Below are positions 1 through 13,564 of a stretch of DNA of 64,000 bases, in pieces (the first letter of the stretch is position 1; the number at the start of each line of letters is the position of its first letter). Source of the stretch: Blastocladiella emersonii ATCC 22665 (lineage: Eukaryota > Fungi > Blastocladiomycota); the NCBI GenBank assembly GCA_025594325.1, contig JANHCV010000018.1, positions 1 through 64,000 of the forward strand. Direction: 5' to 3'. A program made the translations under genes and the position numbers. Under the pieces are notes generated by a model. That model saw only the letters and a list, made by a program, of their open reading frames with translations. It was not told where the DNA came from and ran no database searches.

Positions 1-57
<57 letters not shown>

Positions 58-3000
58 TCTGTTGCAGCTGGAGCTGGTACTGGTGCTGCTGCTGCTGCAA
101 ATGGTGCTGCTGGATCATGTTGAGCGTCGCGGGCGTCATGGCGGGACTGTTGCCGTTGCCCGTCGGGATCACGAGCTGGCCCGCGCTGGGAGCGGGACTC
201 GCCGTACCGGCCGCGGACGCGACTGCTGGCGGCGCGCGAGTCTCGGCGGGCGTCGGACCGCGTGGAGGGGCCGGTGCCGGTGCTGGAACCGGAACAGTGT
301 GAGGCACGGGTTGCGGTCCAGCCGCTGCTGGTGCGGGCGCCGGGGTGGGGGTTCCTGCGTGGGCGACAGCGAAGCCCGCCTGCTGCTGCTGTTGCTGAGC
401 GGGTTGTTGTTGCTGCTGCTGGAGGTGCTGCTGCTGGAGATGCTGCTGCGGAGGGATCGCGGTCTCGGCCGAGCCGCCGTCTACAAAACACGGAGGAACG
501 TCAGTCGCGCTCGCCCAAAATTCGTACCAGTGGAGCGTACTCTCAACCCGCGGCGTCGGCTGCTTGGCGTGTCCGTCAGGTACCAGCGCCTGGGCGGGAA
601 ACGGCGACGGCCGCTGCGCACCCGGCGTAGCCGATCCCGCCGGCGTCACCGAGCTGCCGCGCTGGCTGGCGCCGTCGTTGCCCAGCGTAGATGCGGGTGC
701 CGTCGGGGGCACCGAGCCAGCGGCTGCTGCCATGGCCACGGCGTTCTGCACCGCGCGTGCCTGCGCCTGCGCCTGGATCTGGGCCTGCTCTTGCTGCTGG
801 CGCTGCGCTTGGAGGGCCTGCTGCTGCTGCGCTTGAAGAACCTGCTGCTGCTGCGCTTGAAGAACCTGCTGCTGCTGCTGCTGCTGCTGTTGCTGCTGCT
901 GTTGCTGCTGGCGGTCGGGAATCGCGCGGCCCGTCATCATGTACTGAGCGATCTGCTGCATGTTGACGTTGACGCCGGGGTTCGCGCGGATCCACTCCAT
1001 GGCCTGCTGCAGCCGCGTCTGCTGCTCCGGGGTGAGGTTCTGCATCGTGACGCGCTGTTGCTGCATCAGCAGGAGCTGCCTCAGCTGCTCCTGAGTCGGA
1101 CCTTGCTGCTGCTGCTGTTGCTGTTCGGGCGGCGGCGGCGGCTGCTGCATGGGCGGCGCTTGCGGAACGGCGACGGACACGGGCATCTGCTGCTGGACCG
1201 GTTGGGCCATGGGCTGCTGCTGTTGCGGCGGCATGGGGTGGGCCAAAGGCTGCTGGTGCTGCTGTGGGATAGGCTGGGCCAACGGCTGCTGCGGCTGCTG
1301 CTGCGACACAGGAGGGCCGACCGGCACCGACTCGGCCGGCGTCGCGGTCCGCGGCACCTGCTGCTGCTGCTGCTGCTGCGCCGGCGGGAGCGGCTGCGGG
1401 GTCGGGCTTTTCAGCGGGTTCGGCGTGGCGCGGTTGCCCGCACCAGCGGCCTGCGTGCCTGGCTGCGGCTGCGGGGTCCCGCGCGGCGGCGTGCCCGACG
1501 CGCCGATCGACGAGAGCCGGGTCATGGTCTGCATCTGCAGGTTGACGAGGGTCGGCGTCTGCGGCTGCGGGCTCGAGACGAGCGCGTTGGCGACGGCGAG
1601 GCCGGACTGCATCCCGGCGTGGGCCGGGAGAGCCGCCGGTGGAGGCGCGGGCGACGGCGCGAAAGTGCCCGCTTGCGGGCCGGGCAGGTGCTGCTGCGGG
1701 GGCTGCTGCTGCGCCGGCGGCGCGACGGGGACACCAGTCGAAGACGACGGCGTACTGGACCCCATGCCCGCAGCGACCGGAAGCGGCGCGGTCGCGAGCG
1801 TCGGCGTCGCCACCTGCGCGGGCCGGGTTGCGGGCGACATGGACGGCGCGACGCTCGACGCGCGCGAGGCGGCCGGACCAATGACCGGCGAGGACATGTG
1901 CAGCAGCGAGTTGGTCCGGGCCGGGCGGTGCTGCGGGCCCGCCGACGGGACACCGCTGGGCGAGTGCTGCTGCGCACCACGAGGCATCGATCCCGAACCT
2001 CTCGCGGTGCCCGAGGGCTGCTGTGGCTGGGGCGGCGACGGCTGCTGGATGAACGTGATGGGGTTGTTGGAGAGCGTCGGCGGGAACTGGCCGAGCACCG
2101 GCTGGTTGAGCTGGTGCTGCAGCTGCGGCTGCTGCTGCTGGTGTTGCTGCCGAGCCTGGGACTGGGCCACGATGGGCTGCACCGCGACCTGATGTCGCAT
2201 CGCGTGACCGCCATGGATCGAGTGGGACCGCTGGTGCTCGGGGCCGGCGACGCCCTGCCGCGAGCCCGCGGGCGGGGAGACGAGGCCGAGTGGAGGGACC
2301 GAGCCGCCGCGGACCTGCGCGCCGGTAGAGACAGGCGACGAAGAGTCGGACGCCAGCGGGATCAGGTGCATGAGGGTCGTGGGGCCCGAGTGCGGGTGCC
2401 GCGGCTGCTGCTGCTGCTGTTGTTGGATGGGCTGAAGCGGCTGGTGTGATGGCGAAAGCATCATCATCGGTGCCGGCTGCTGGACGTGCTGCTGCTGCTG
2501 CTGCTGCTGCTGTTGCTGGGCCATGACGAGGTGCTGATGCATCGCGCCGCCGGCCATCGCCGCCGGTGCCACGAGGTGCGCGGGGATCGCGACCGACGCG
2601 GCCATGGGGATCGGGATCACGTTCTGCACCGGCGGGGCCGAAGCGGCGGCGGAGGCGGCGTCGATCTGCGGGTAGATCTGCGAGTCGCCGTCGTAGGCGC
2701 GCTGCGGGTGCGAGTCGTAGTACTGGACGTTGGAGAACGAGAAGACCCGCGGGATGGTCATGCCGTACACCTCGGTGACGGATTTTGGGCCGAGATGGAA
2801 GCTATGTCCAGTGAGGCGGGTGAGATTCGCGGTCGGGCATGTCCGGGGACGGGAGGGATGCGTACCGGATCGTGTGGCCGCCGATACTCGTGTCCGCGAC
2901 CGTGCCGAAGCGCAGCTCGCCCGAGAACTCACCGCGCGGGGTGCGGATGATGTTGAGCGTCGAAAAGATGACGGCTACGCGGAATCGGACAAGTGTGAGC

Positions 3001-4235
3001 TCGAACCAGCTTCGGCCTGGAGGATGAGCCGCATCACGTACACGGGCCGACCTCGCGCTTGAACTTGATGGTCCGCACGACGTGGCTGCCGTCAGGGAGA
3101 ACTACGCGTGACCAACGGGAGTAAATCAGTCCATGGTTGCGAGGCCGGTCGTGACCAAGGCGGCGTACGGATTGGCGGCCCTTCGCACGTCGGCGCCTTG
3201 CTGTAGTCGTCCTCCTGCTTGTGCTTGCGCCAGGACTGGATGCGTTCGAGGCGGCTGAAGGACGGGTGGAACGGCGCGGTGCGGTTACGCTACACGATAC
3301 GATGGGTGTGAGCCAGCGCGGTGCGATTCAATCACTCGAGCGCGACGCACCTCGTCCATGAGAAACAGAAGCTTGGACTCCTCCTCGGCCATCTTGTGCT
3401 CCTCGTCGCGCTCGAAGGCGGTGCGCTTGCGCACGCGGCGGAAGTTATACTTGCGCGCCGTGTACTGGGCCGCGTTGTTGCGGCGCAGCACGTCGACGGA
3501 CGGCGCGAGGTCGAGCTCCTGCTTCTTGAACAGCTACGAGCCCGCGTCCGTGTCAGCGCATATCCCCAAAGTCTCACGCCGACGAGAATTCGTACCAGCG
3601 TGCGCGCTTCGACGTCCAGGACCTGCTTCTCGGAGGGCTCCTTGTTGGACGACTTGACGCGGCGGATCAGCTCGTCGCACACGGACAGCGGGCTGTGGTT
3701 GACGTAGATGGTGCGGATCTCGGTCGCGACGCCGCTCATGGCACGCCGAGACACGCCGAGCCGGTGGTCGTGGAGCTCGAGGACGAGCTGGCCTACGCGC
3801 GCAATGACACAAGAGCGTCGTCAGCGTCGCGGACCCTACTCGCATGAAACGGGCCTCGCACCGTTTTCGAAGTGGGTCTGGTAGTCAAACAGCCCGACCA
3901 GCTCGTACGGGATCTCCTGCGAGACGAGCATCTTGAGGAAGAGCTACACGGAGCGGGAGCGCGTGTCGCGCGCGCGTCAGGACCAGCTGGCCGACGGCGA
4001 CGATGGCCGGGCACACGTACGCTCATGACCTGCCCGTGAAGCTGGATGGGCGCATCTTGCTACATGGGCGCGCAAGAAGCGCGGGTTGAGTGACCGAGTC
4101 GACGGCGACCATGGATGGGTGGAGGCCGCACAGGCCGCACGAGCCATCCGCGTCCATCAAGTTGTCACCCCCTTCAATTCAACGCACACTTCCGAGCTTG
4201 ATCCGCGTCGGGAACAGGTGCACCTTGAGCACCAT
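1..4235 (-). CDS. SPT20: SAGA complex subunit Spt20-family protein, multi-exon, long polyQ/Pro-rich C-terminus; 3' end runs off the window start
   Basis: Spliced N-terminus MVLKVHLFPTRIKL...LFLKMLVSQEIPYELVGLFDYQTHFENG-QLVLELHDHR...VNHSPLSVCDEL...LDVEARTL matches the Spt20 domain pattern (VHLxPTxF, IPxEL, FxxGxLxxExHDHR). Canonical GT-AG introns restore the frame. Confidence 0.8.
2..55. repeat. Pure (CTG)18 / (CAG)18 trinucleotide repeat encoding polyQ in Spt20
   Basis: Uninterrupted ctg units from 2 to 55; further CTG runs near 840-910, 1100-1120, 1360-1380 and 2400-2520. Confidence 0.97.
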
Positions 4236-4619
4236 GGTGGATGAAGGCGAGCGGCGGTCGACGATAGTGTCCAGGTGCGAAGGCTCGGCGACAGCGATTC
4301 CGCAGAGGGCCACAAAAGAATCTCGCCTCAAAATCGGCCCAGAGTTTCGGTCAAGGCCAGCAGGCGAGCTGCGCGGTGTAGAAACCCGAATACGTTGCAG
4401 GAAGTCGTTACAGCTCAGCGTGCATGGAGAGAGAGGGCCGCAGACCGGGCGAGACTCGCACCGCCACAGCCGCGATGCTACGCGACCATGGCCACCGCCG
4501 ACCGCGCCTCGGTCTTTACCACCGCCGCTTCGCTGCATTTTTCTCTTAGTCGACAATTGGTGGGCAAAGGGTCATCAGGCGATGGATATATTGTGATCGT
4601 TGTGTGCTCGAAACCACGG

Positions 4620-5802
4620 CTAGTTCGTGGCCTTGCTCGCGGACGCCGACTTGGCCTGCAGCGCGACCTCGAGCGACTTGAGCGCGAGCGCCCTACACGA
4701 TGCGAGGAATCAGCGGCTAAAAAAGCGAGATGAGACAGCAAGACGCACTTTCGCCGGTCCGACTCGGACACGGGCGTCCGCGCCGCGTCCGCGCTACCCT
4801 TGGCCTTGGGCGCCGATGCGAGGAACCGGCGCGAGACTGCGGCGCGCGTGATGGGGTCGGTGCGGCCGCCGAGGATGCGCTGCTGCGGCTTGATGAGCCC
4901 GAGGCGCACGTTGAGGTTGTAGATGGCGTTCAGGACCGGGTGCAAGAACGGCCTTGGGGATGGGGTCAGTCGGGAGGTCGAGGAGGATGGGTAGAGGACA
5001 GCAAGACGTACTGGATGACGTCCGGGAAGAACGCGGCGAACGCAAACGTGTCGGATCGGTCGCCGATGATCCCGTCTTCTGCCCGGACGAAGCGCAGGTA
5101 CCACCACGACGCGAGGAAGCCCGCGATGGCGAGCAGGAACGTGGGCCACACGCCGGTCACCGCGACGAGGATGACGTGGAGCAAGAGCCAAGCGAATGGG
5201 AGGTGCTACAGCGTAGGAGATTAGTGTTCGTCCTCTGCAGAGTACAGCAGGCGCGCGTACCTTGATCCGAACGCCAGACGGGAGCGGCCCGAGCTTGATG
5301 GTGTGTTCGGGGATACCCTGGCGATACGCGACGAGCAGGGCGCTCAGGATGCCGAGCGCGCCGTGGACCGGCCCCCTAGAGCGTGAAAGCTGTTTGTCAG
5401 GATCAAGCACACCCTCGCCTGCTGACGCGCAACGTACGTTTCCCGCCCAAGCAGAGCGTATCCACCCAAAGCGAGAGCCAGCACGATCGCGGCAGACGCC
5501 AGGGTGACGGCGAGCAGGAACTTGAGCAGTGCCGAGGCCGTCCACCCGCGCTCAAAGTAGCGCAGGGAGAAGTAGAGCAGCGGCGCGGAGACCGTGATCG
5601 ACCACAGCTGCTGGTCGACGGCGGGGTACGTGACGACGGACCACAGCCGCCATCCAAAGTCGGCCGGCTGCAGCGCAAGTGCTCGCGTGAGAGGGGCGAG
5701 GCCGCCGACAGCAGAAAGGTCCGTGCGGGGCGAGCTCGCCTGGTACACGGCGGCGAGGGAGGCGGCGAGGTACACGCCGGCAACACTTCGCGCGACGGAC
5801 AT
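4620..5802 (-). CDS. TMEM115: TMEM115 / DUF1751 rhomboid-like Golgi membrane protein, multi-exon
   Basis: WSVVTYPAVDQQLW, YFERGW, LLVAYRQGIPEHTI, SWWYLRF...GDRSDTFAFAAFFP and C-terminal DRRRALALKSLE motifs. Confidence 0.8.
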
Positions 5803-6148
5803 GGTCTCTTGGTCTAGCGTGTGTGTGCTTATTGCACCGAGTTACATGAGATCATTGGGTGATGCTTTCGGGGGCCGAGGTGGAGGGCATCATGAAAGGC
5901 CAGCAGGGCGTCGCGACGCGCCACACTTCAGCTCCTGGCGGCGGCCGCCTCACTCCCGGCGAAGGAGACCAAGGTTGTGTTGTGATACGTAACTGTAATT
6001 TCGCGGAATGAACACGGAGGGATAGTATAGTGGAGCGGGAGGCGGGTGACTGGAAGAGAGGAGGCTGCTGCAGCCGCTGCTCGGGGAGGGAGGGGACAGC
6101 GGCCAGACCGACGCGCGGCGGCGCGCGTTCGCCGGCGCGAGCGAGGTC

Positions 6149-7566
6149 TTAGGACGCGGGCTCGTCGCCGTACGGGTGTGGGGGCGGATTCGTGAAGATG
6201 AACTCGTTGAGCGTATCGCGGCGCAGCTTGGGGTCCTTGGGGAGTGTCCGGAGCAGCTTGAACTCGAACGACTCTGGGTCGTCGCCGACCTGCTCGAAGA
6301 AGCGCGGGGACCACGCGTCGCCGCGCTCCTCGCGGGCAATGCGGTTGGCGCGCTGCCGCGCCTCGATCTTGGTCTTCTCGTCGGTCGCCGTGTCGAGGTC
6401 GCGGTCCGCGATCGCCGCCGTCACCTTGGACCACAGCCGCCGCGACTCGTACTGCTCCTGCTCGGCCTCGGGCGCCACGAGCTTCGGGTGGATGTGCTCG
6501 TCCTCGGCACTGAAGAGCACCGCCGTGTCGCCCTACAGGTTGCGGTGCGTCGCGTTAGTCTGGCGGTCGGCGGGTCGAGGAGAACGGTGGAGCGCACCTT
6601 GGCGGGCTTGATGAAGCTCTTGTCGGACCACTTGCCGCTAAGCTCGTACAGCGTGTCGCGCTTGGAGATGCGCTTGATCTTGCCGCCGAGCGCGTTGTAG
6701 CTGCCGGTAAAGTAGCCCTACGGATCGGATCGCGCGCGTCGTGTGAGACTTCGGCCAAGCGGAGCGCGAGCAACGAGTCAGTGCGGTCAGTACCTTGACC
6801 TTGAACTCGAGCTCGCAGACGAGGTCCGTCTTGGGGCACTTGATGGTGACGTTATCGCCGAGCTCGAGGATCATGGTGCCGAACAGGAGGCCGCGGGCGT
6901 AGACGTTGGGGAGGTTGAGGATGTACTCCTCGTCGCGGTCGGTGAAGGTGATGCGAGTCTCGCCGGTCATGAGGGTGGCGGCCGAGTTGCCGAGGAACTT
7001 GGACTTGGGCTTGACCTCGCCCTGGACCATGAGGTGGTTCTCGGGCGAGCAGAAGAGGTAGTTGGAGACGGGCGGGTGGTGCGACGTCTGCTCGGCGACG
7101 AAGAAGGCGTTGGTGCCGTCGGCGTACTTGTACTGGCACCGGAAGTGCTCGCCCAGCACCGGGTTGTAAGGCTTCTTGACGCCCTTGGGCCGGATGTGCC
7201 ACCCCGACACAAAGTACCGCACCACGTCGACGAACCGCTCGACGGGGTCCTCCTTGGCGTGCGTGCTACGCGGTGATGGCGGGGGCGGGGGCGGAGTGGT
7301 GAGCGATGCGCGACGACCGAGCGGCGGGGGTCTCAGGCCACGCACCCCATGATCAGGTCCGGGTGGCACATAAAGTCGGTGATGCGCTCGAGCATGCTGC
7401 GCGGCTCCAGCACGAAGGTCGGCAGCGTGACGCGGTGCAGGTCGGTGCCCTTGCTCAGCTGCGAGATGATGCCCATGAGGATCGAGCGCGGCTCGTCGTC
7501 GAGCACCTCCTTCTGGTCGTCGTCAGCGACATTGTAGTCGTCGGCGGGCTCCGTTGGCGAGGACAT
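6149..7566 (-). CDS. Oxysterol-binding protein, short ORD-only type (Osh6/Osh7, ORP5/8-like)
   Basis: DLHRVTLPTFVLEPRSMLE, KKPYNPVLGEHF and the OSBP signature EQTSHHPPVS; C-terminal ATDEKTKIEARQR. Confidence 0.93.
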
Positions 7567-8345
7567 GGCGGCGGTGGCGGTGCTGGTACGAATCGATCAC
7601 GAGCGGAACGGCTACACGACGACGTCGAGCGGGACGCAGCGCGGAGGCGGCCACGACGAGGTGAGCGCTTATCCGACACGCTGCAGGCACGCACGTCGCG
7701 GCAGAGCAGGGCGAGTTGTGCGAGCGAGCCAGTGCAGCCGCGTGGTCGCCACACCGCGCTGGTGACGGCGATGTCCGCGGTGTGGCACCTCGCTCGCTCA
7801 GCCGCTGCGCTACTGCGGCGCGTCGCCTCGAGCAAGCGACGCGCGTGTACCTCGAAATGTTCGCGATCGCGCGCGAGAGAGCAGCAGCGGCGCGCGTGCG
7901 TGCGTGTGCGTGTGGTGGTGATGCGAGGCCGGCGACGGCAGCTCGCGTGCGTGTGTGGGCGTGAGATGAGCGCCGCGTGCGGGCAGTCGCGGTGGTGTCC
8001 GGGCTCGATGCGTAGCAGCGGTCGCCGGGACGAATGCGGCGAGTGAGCTTCGTGCTTCGTGGGCGCGCGGTCGCGAGGTCGCGGGAGCGGGAGAGGAGGG
8101 AGCCGGCGCGCGGCGCGAAGCGGGAGGGAGATGTGCGACACGCTCTGACCGCGGGCCGCTCTGTTCCACCAACACCGTCCCTCTCGCCGCCGCCGCCCGC
8201 GTGGGGTACCGCAAAGGTCAAAATAAATACAATACGATGGAGGGAAGAAACCAAATGGATGATAGTCATCAAAACCAGGGACACTTGATGCTCAGGCTCT
8301 CGGGGCGCGCGCGCCGTGGACGACGGTCGGTCGGTCGGTCGGTGG

Positions 8346-10772
8346 TCAAGACGACGCCGTGACCGCGCTTGGTGGGAGCGTGTTGGCGGCCGCCGCGGGC
8401 GACGCCACGGAGCTCCACGCGCCCGGGTCCGAGTCGGGGGCGGCAGCGAGCGCGTCTGCTGGTGGTGGCCGCAACCGGGGCTCGGTGGACGCGGACGTGA
8501 GCACGCCGCCGTTCGCACCGTCGCCATTGGGTAACACCGGACCGCTGCCGCCGCCGCCGCCCGTGAGCCCGCCGAGCGGGAGGATCGCCATCTGCGATGT
8601 GCCGAAGCAGACGGCCATGCGGTCGCCCGTGCGGTTGTACCGCAGGTCGAGAATGTCGTTGTACCCGTAGAAGGTGCACACGAGCTCGGCCGAGCTCGTC
8701 CACACGTACAGGTACTGGTCGTCGGACCCGCACGCCAGGTACCGCCCGTCCGGGCTGAACGTGAGCACGCAGTGCGTCTGCACGAACCGGTCCAGCGAGT
8801 ACACGCACGTCGCCGTGGCCACGTCCCATATCCGCACCGTCTTGTCGGCGCCGACCCTACATCCCATGAGTGCGTCAGTGAGGACTCTCGGGAAACTCAG
8901 TCATGAACCAAAAGACGCGTACGTGGCGAGCTGCGACGCTCCGCTCGGTGGCCTTGGGTTCCACGCCATGGCGAGCACCTCGCGCTCGTGCCCTTGCAGC
9001 ACCGCCGTGGCCTCGGTGCGCGACGCGGACCAGATGCGCACCGTCCCGTCGTCCGAGCAGCTGGCCAGGTGCTGCTTGCTCGGGTCCCACGCCACCACGT
9101 TGACGTCTCCCGAGTGCCCGCGCAGCTCGCGCGCCGAGCCGGACTCGACGTCAATGAGCCGGACGAGGTGGTCCGAGGACCCGACCGCGAGCGTCGACTT
9201 GCCGTCCCAGTCGAACGCCATGATCGCTACAAGGGAGAGCGCGGCGAGTCAGAACCGGTTCTCATTCGCAGTATCCACGCGAATCGTAGCGTACCAGCGC
9301 CGGGGCACGCGAGCGAGTACTTGGACGTGTCGTTGCGCACGTCCCACACGAGGACCGTGCCCTGCGTCGAGCCGACCGCGAGCAGGCCCGAGTCGGCGCT
9401 GAACGCGAGCTCGAGCACCGCGTTGACGCTGGACTCGGGCGTGCGACGCGACGGCGATGCTGGCGGGACCGTGAACGTGAGGACGAGGTCGCCCGCCTTG
9501 GTGAAAACGCGGACGCGCGCGTCCTTGGTCCCCGTCGCGAGCAGGTCGCCGTTCGGGCTCCAGCCGAGCGCCGTGATCGAGTTGGACGACGACATCCCGT
9601 CCGTTGTTGGCACCGAGGACGACGAGTCCGAGTCGTGCGGAAGCATCACGACGTTGGACAGCCGACCGTTGGTCTGCGGCACGGTCCACAGCCCGACCAT
9701 CGAGTTGAGCGAGCTACCGGGTCAAATTCCCGCGCGCGTTAGCGGGCGAGGACTCGTCGAGGAAGCCGCGGTGAAAGCGTACCCGGAAGCGAGCAGGTTC
9801 TCGTCGGTCGGGTTCCACGCGCTCATGTAGTACCGGGCGTTGGTGCTCTGCAGCGTGATGACGGCCCCCGTCGGCGCGTCGCCGTTGTCGCTCGCGTCGT
9901 CGATCTGGACCTGGACAATCACGTCGTCGACTACTCGGGAGCGCGTGGTCAGCCTCCATGTCTGTTCCATGCATCGCAGCAGTCGTACCCGTCATCTCGT
10001 CGTCTGCCGTGCCGTTCTCAGCGGCGCCGTCCACGTCCATGGCGTCGCCGTCGGCGTGGCTGCTGGAGCGGGCGCGGGCCTCGTCGGACCCCGCGACGTG
10101 GTCGCCGTTGGCGGCCGAGTCCCGGGCGCGGTCCTTGCGCTTGCTCTTCTTGTCCTTTTTCTTGAGCGATTGCGACAGCCCGTTGTCGGCGGCGCCCGGC
10201 TCCTTGGCGAGCGGGACGAGCTCCGACATTTTGCGCTGGCGGCGGGCGCTCGACGACTCGAGCGGGGTGCTGCAGCTGTGCGGCGCGAGGAGCGAGAGCG
10301 TGGCCTCGCACTGGCGCTCGGTTCCGTCCTACACGAGCACGGCGAGGAAGGCCAACGGTTAGGCCCACGGTGCGGGACGGTGGCCGGGCAGAAATTCGTA
10401 CATCTTCCATGTGGATCTCGACCTGCATGAGCTGGAGGGCCTTGTGCAGCAGCGCAATGAGTTGGCCGGGGCGGATCTCGAGCTGGCGGAACTCCTCGAG
10501 CTTGCCCGTGAGCTTGGACTCATGTTCAAAGGCGAACACCGAGTGCCGGAATCCTGGACAGGTGGAAAGAGAGCGCCGCCAGGTCAGGTCCCATCGTCAA
10601 GGTCGGGTCGGAGCGAGCGAGAGGAGAGGTGGAGCAAGCGCGCTCAGGAGAACCCGCTGGCGGCGCTGAGGAGGAGGGGAGTAGACATAGACGGGCAAGT
10701 ACCGGACTCGAGCAGGTAGCGGTAGATCAAATAGTTGACTTCATCGGCCGCGATGGACAGCGGCGGGAACAT
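8346..10772 (-). CDS. SIF2: LisH + WD40 corepressor subunit TBL1/Sif2/Ebi, multi-exon
   Basis: [31 protein letters not shown] LisH, then PGQLIALLHKALQLMQVE and multiple WD40 repeats (SAWNPTDENLLASG, WSPNGDLLATG, VAWDPSKQHLASCSDD, FSPDGRYLACGS). Confidence 0.9.
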
Positions 10773-11417
10773 GGTCGGTCGTGCGTGGCCGCAATGGCAG
10801 GGCGACGCAGACCACCGTGCGCGAGAAAAAGGGCGACTATTGCTGTTGAGGAGGACGCGATGGCTACCGCGAGAGGTTCGGGTGCGCTTGCGGGTGGTGG
10901 GTGGCGGGGCGGTAGCGGTGGGGGCGCCGAGCGAACAGGTTCGAGGTTGAGTCCACGGCGATAGGGCTCACGTCGGAGATAGGTGCGGGAGGCACGGCCA
11001 GGGTGTAGCCACGCGTGTGCAAGGAGGGTTGCGGGGACTTAGCGGGCAAAGATCGAGAGTGGATAGGGCGAGGCGTAGCGTCGGCTGCGGCGAGGTCGGC
11101 GAGGGAGGTGAGCGCGCACGCGGCTGAAGCGACTGCAGCCCAGCCTGCTCGCATCAGGTGACGTGCGCCTCCCGAGTATCACGTAATTTTTCGCGATAGG
11201 GCTCTTGCCGCCGCGGCGCCTGCGAATAGCGCGGAATAGGCTGGCCGTACTGGACGATATGAGACGGAATACGGGAGCAACAACAAGAGACGATACCGTC
11301 ATCAAATTCACGAAACGAGGGCGAGCAGGGGGATGAGCGTAGGGTAGAGCAAGGCGGGGGAGCAGGTACGGGATCGGGCACGCGGCAAACAGAGGACGAG
11401 CCCGGCAGCAAGTTCCC

Positions 11418-11810
11418 TTACTCCTGCTGGCGCATGCGCCACGGCTGCATGCCCTGGAAGCCGTGGTGCTTCAACCGGGCGACGTAGCCCTCGGCGAGGT
11501 GCTTGCAGTTCTCGGGGTGGTTGACGCCCTCGCGCTTGTAGCAGCGCACGAGCTTCTCGCGGATGATGCGGGTCTTCATGATCTCGACCCACTCCTGGCG
11601 CAGGTGCTGGTCGCGCGCCTCGATGACGGCTATCGATGATGACGGCAGGTGGGTTGGGGATCAGCGGTGAGTTCGAGGTCGTTGAGCGGTCCGCGAGCAC
11701 AAAAGCGCCGTACCAATGGGGTCGTTGAGGTCGACATCCTTGTAGGAGGCGACCTTGGCCCACTTGCGGTTCTCGGGGTCGACGGGCATGCGAGCGGTCT
11801 CGGCAGACAT
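11418..11810 (-). CDS. NDUFB10: Complex I accessory subunit NDUFB10 (fungal 12 kDa/PDSW type), 2 exons
   Basis: EARDQHLRQEWVEIMKTRIIREKLVRCYKREGVNHPENCKHLAEGY matches the REQWV...CYxxEGVNHxExC family motif. Confidence 0.88.
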
Positions 11811-12577
11811 GTTGGCAGTGGAGGAGCGGGACCACGACTGGACGAAGCGCCGATGAGGTGACACGCGCCGAATACATGACGTGGCAGGCGAGCGTCAGCA
11901 TCAGCGCCATCAGACATGCCGAGGACAGCCGTCGGCAGCGGGTGGGGAGTGGGTGCGCGGACCAAGGCCCGACCCAGGCCACGCGACAGCGGTTCGCCAG
12001 GCCAGGACGGGTCCGGGTACCCCACGATGGCGATGGCGTAGCAGGAACGCTGCGCCGGTCCCGCGGCGTGATAGTCGACGATGAAACGTCGCGATCAGGG
12101 GCGGACCGTCAAGAGGACCGCGACGGAGACCATAGCCCAGCCAGCATAGGACCAGACCCGGCCGTGATGGCGGCCCTCGCGTTCAGCGCCATCGCCAATT
12201 GGGACCACACACGCAGCTGTGGCGTCCAAGATGCATGCATACAAGTGAGGTGAATCCGTTGCGTAGAGTCGGGTACGATCTCGCTGCCGATGCGGCCGTG
12301 CGAGGGGCGGGCCGGCAGCGGACTCCGATGAGCGCGGCTGCCCGTGCGGCGGCCCACGGCGCGCGTGTGTGTGTTGCGGGCGCGGATCCAAAGAGGCGAT
12401 TTCAGCCGCTCAACGGGTCCGCTGACCACACGTGAGGCCACTTCCCTTGCGAAAACAGGTCGACGTCGTCGTCGTCGTCGTCGCCGACCTGGCCGCGGTG
12501 CAGTCCAGGTCACCGCGACGGCGCACACGGAGCACACACGTCGACCGACCCCCCGTAAACTCCCCGCAGTCGCCACC

Positions 12578-13451
12578 ATGAGCACGGCCGAGGCACAGCA
12601 GAGCGACATCAAGCGCATGTACCGCATCCACCGGACCATCAACGAGATGATGGCCGATCGCGGCTACCTCGTGCCCGAGGATAGCGCCAACATGACGCTT
12701 GACCAGTTTGCCGCCAAGTTCGCGCCCAGCGGTGAGATCCGGTGAGTATTGCTCGAGCTGCGCGAGCGCCCGCCCGAGTGGAGAGAGCGCGCCTTCGCTG
12801 ACCGCGCCGTCGCACTCGTGTACCCCCGCCTGCAGCCGCGACAGCAACATGGGCCTCATGTTCGTCAAGCCCGGCTCGCAGGACCCCATCATGGTCACCT
12901 TCATTGCCGACGACAACAAGACCCGGATCGGCATTGCCCAGGTTCGCACGTACGTGCCACCCCCAGCGTCAGCTTGTCAGACGGGCTCCGGCTCACGCTT
13001 CCCCTCTCCGTAGCTTCGTCGAGCAGCTCGCCGCCAGTGACATCTCGCGCGGTATCGTCGTGCACAAGCAGCCCCTCGGCCCGCAGGCCCGCGGCATCAT
13101 CAACGTCGCCGCCAACGACCGCTACCGCCTCGAGGCCTTTGAGGAGGCCGAGCTCGTCGTCAACATCACCAAGCACGTGCTGGTCCCCAAGCACGAGGTG
13201 CTCACCGACGAGGAGAAGAAGGTCCTGCTCACTCGCTAGTACGTTTTCGCTTTCTCGAGATTCTTCGCCGAGGCGCACACTCACCCTACTCGACCTCGCC
13301 GTGTAGCCGCCTCAAGGAGACGCAGCTGCCGCGCATCCCCGTCAGCGACCCCGTCGCCCGCTACCTCGGCCTGCGCCGCGGCGAGGTGGTCAAGATCATC
13401 CGTACCTCGGAGACGGCCGGTCGCTACGTCACGTACCGCCTCTGCTTTTAG
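12578..13451 (+). CDS. RPB5: RNA polymerase I/II/III common subunit RPB5, multi-exon
   Basis: [73 protein letters not shown]. Confidence 0.98.
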
Positions 13452-13564
13452 GAAACACGGGTCCACGTTGTATATATATGCTTTTAGTCAAGCATATCGT
13501 ATGCCAGTGCGATTCGTGTATTGAGCGCACCGTGCGTAGCGGGCTAGGTAGGCATCAGGAACAT

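Noticed and set aside
62-2449. 795-aa Leu-rich ORF on the + strand, and similar long antisense ORFs (27850-29409, 34334-35869, 55958-57220, 60279-62171)
   Set aside because: These are shadows of real genes on the opposite strand (polyQ CAG reads as polyL CTG); high GC3 suppresses antisense stops.
11155-11310. Possible box C/D snoRNA on the minus strand (TTGATGA ... CTGA)
   Set aside because: Box C is imperfect, there is no terminal stem, and no recognisable rRNA antisense element.
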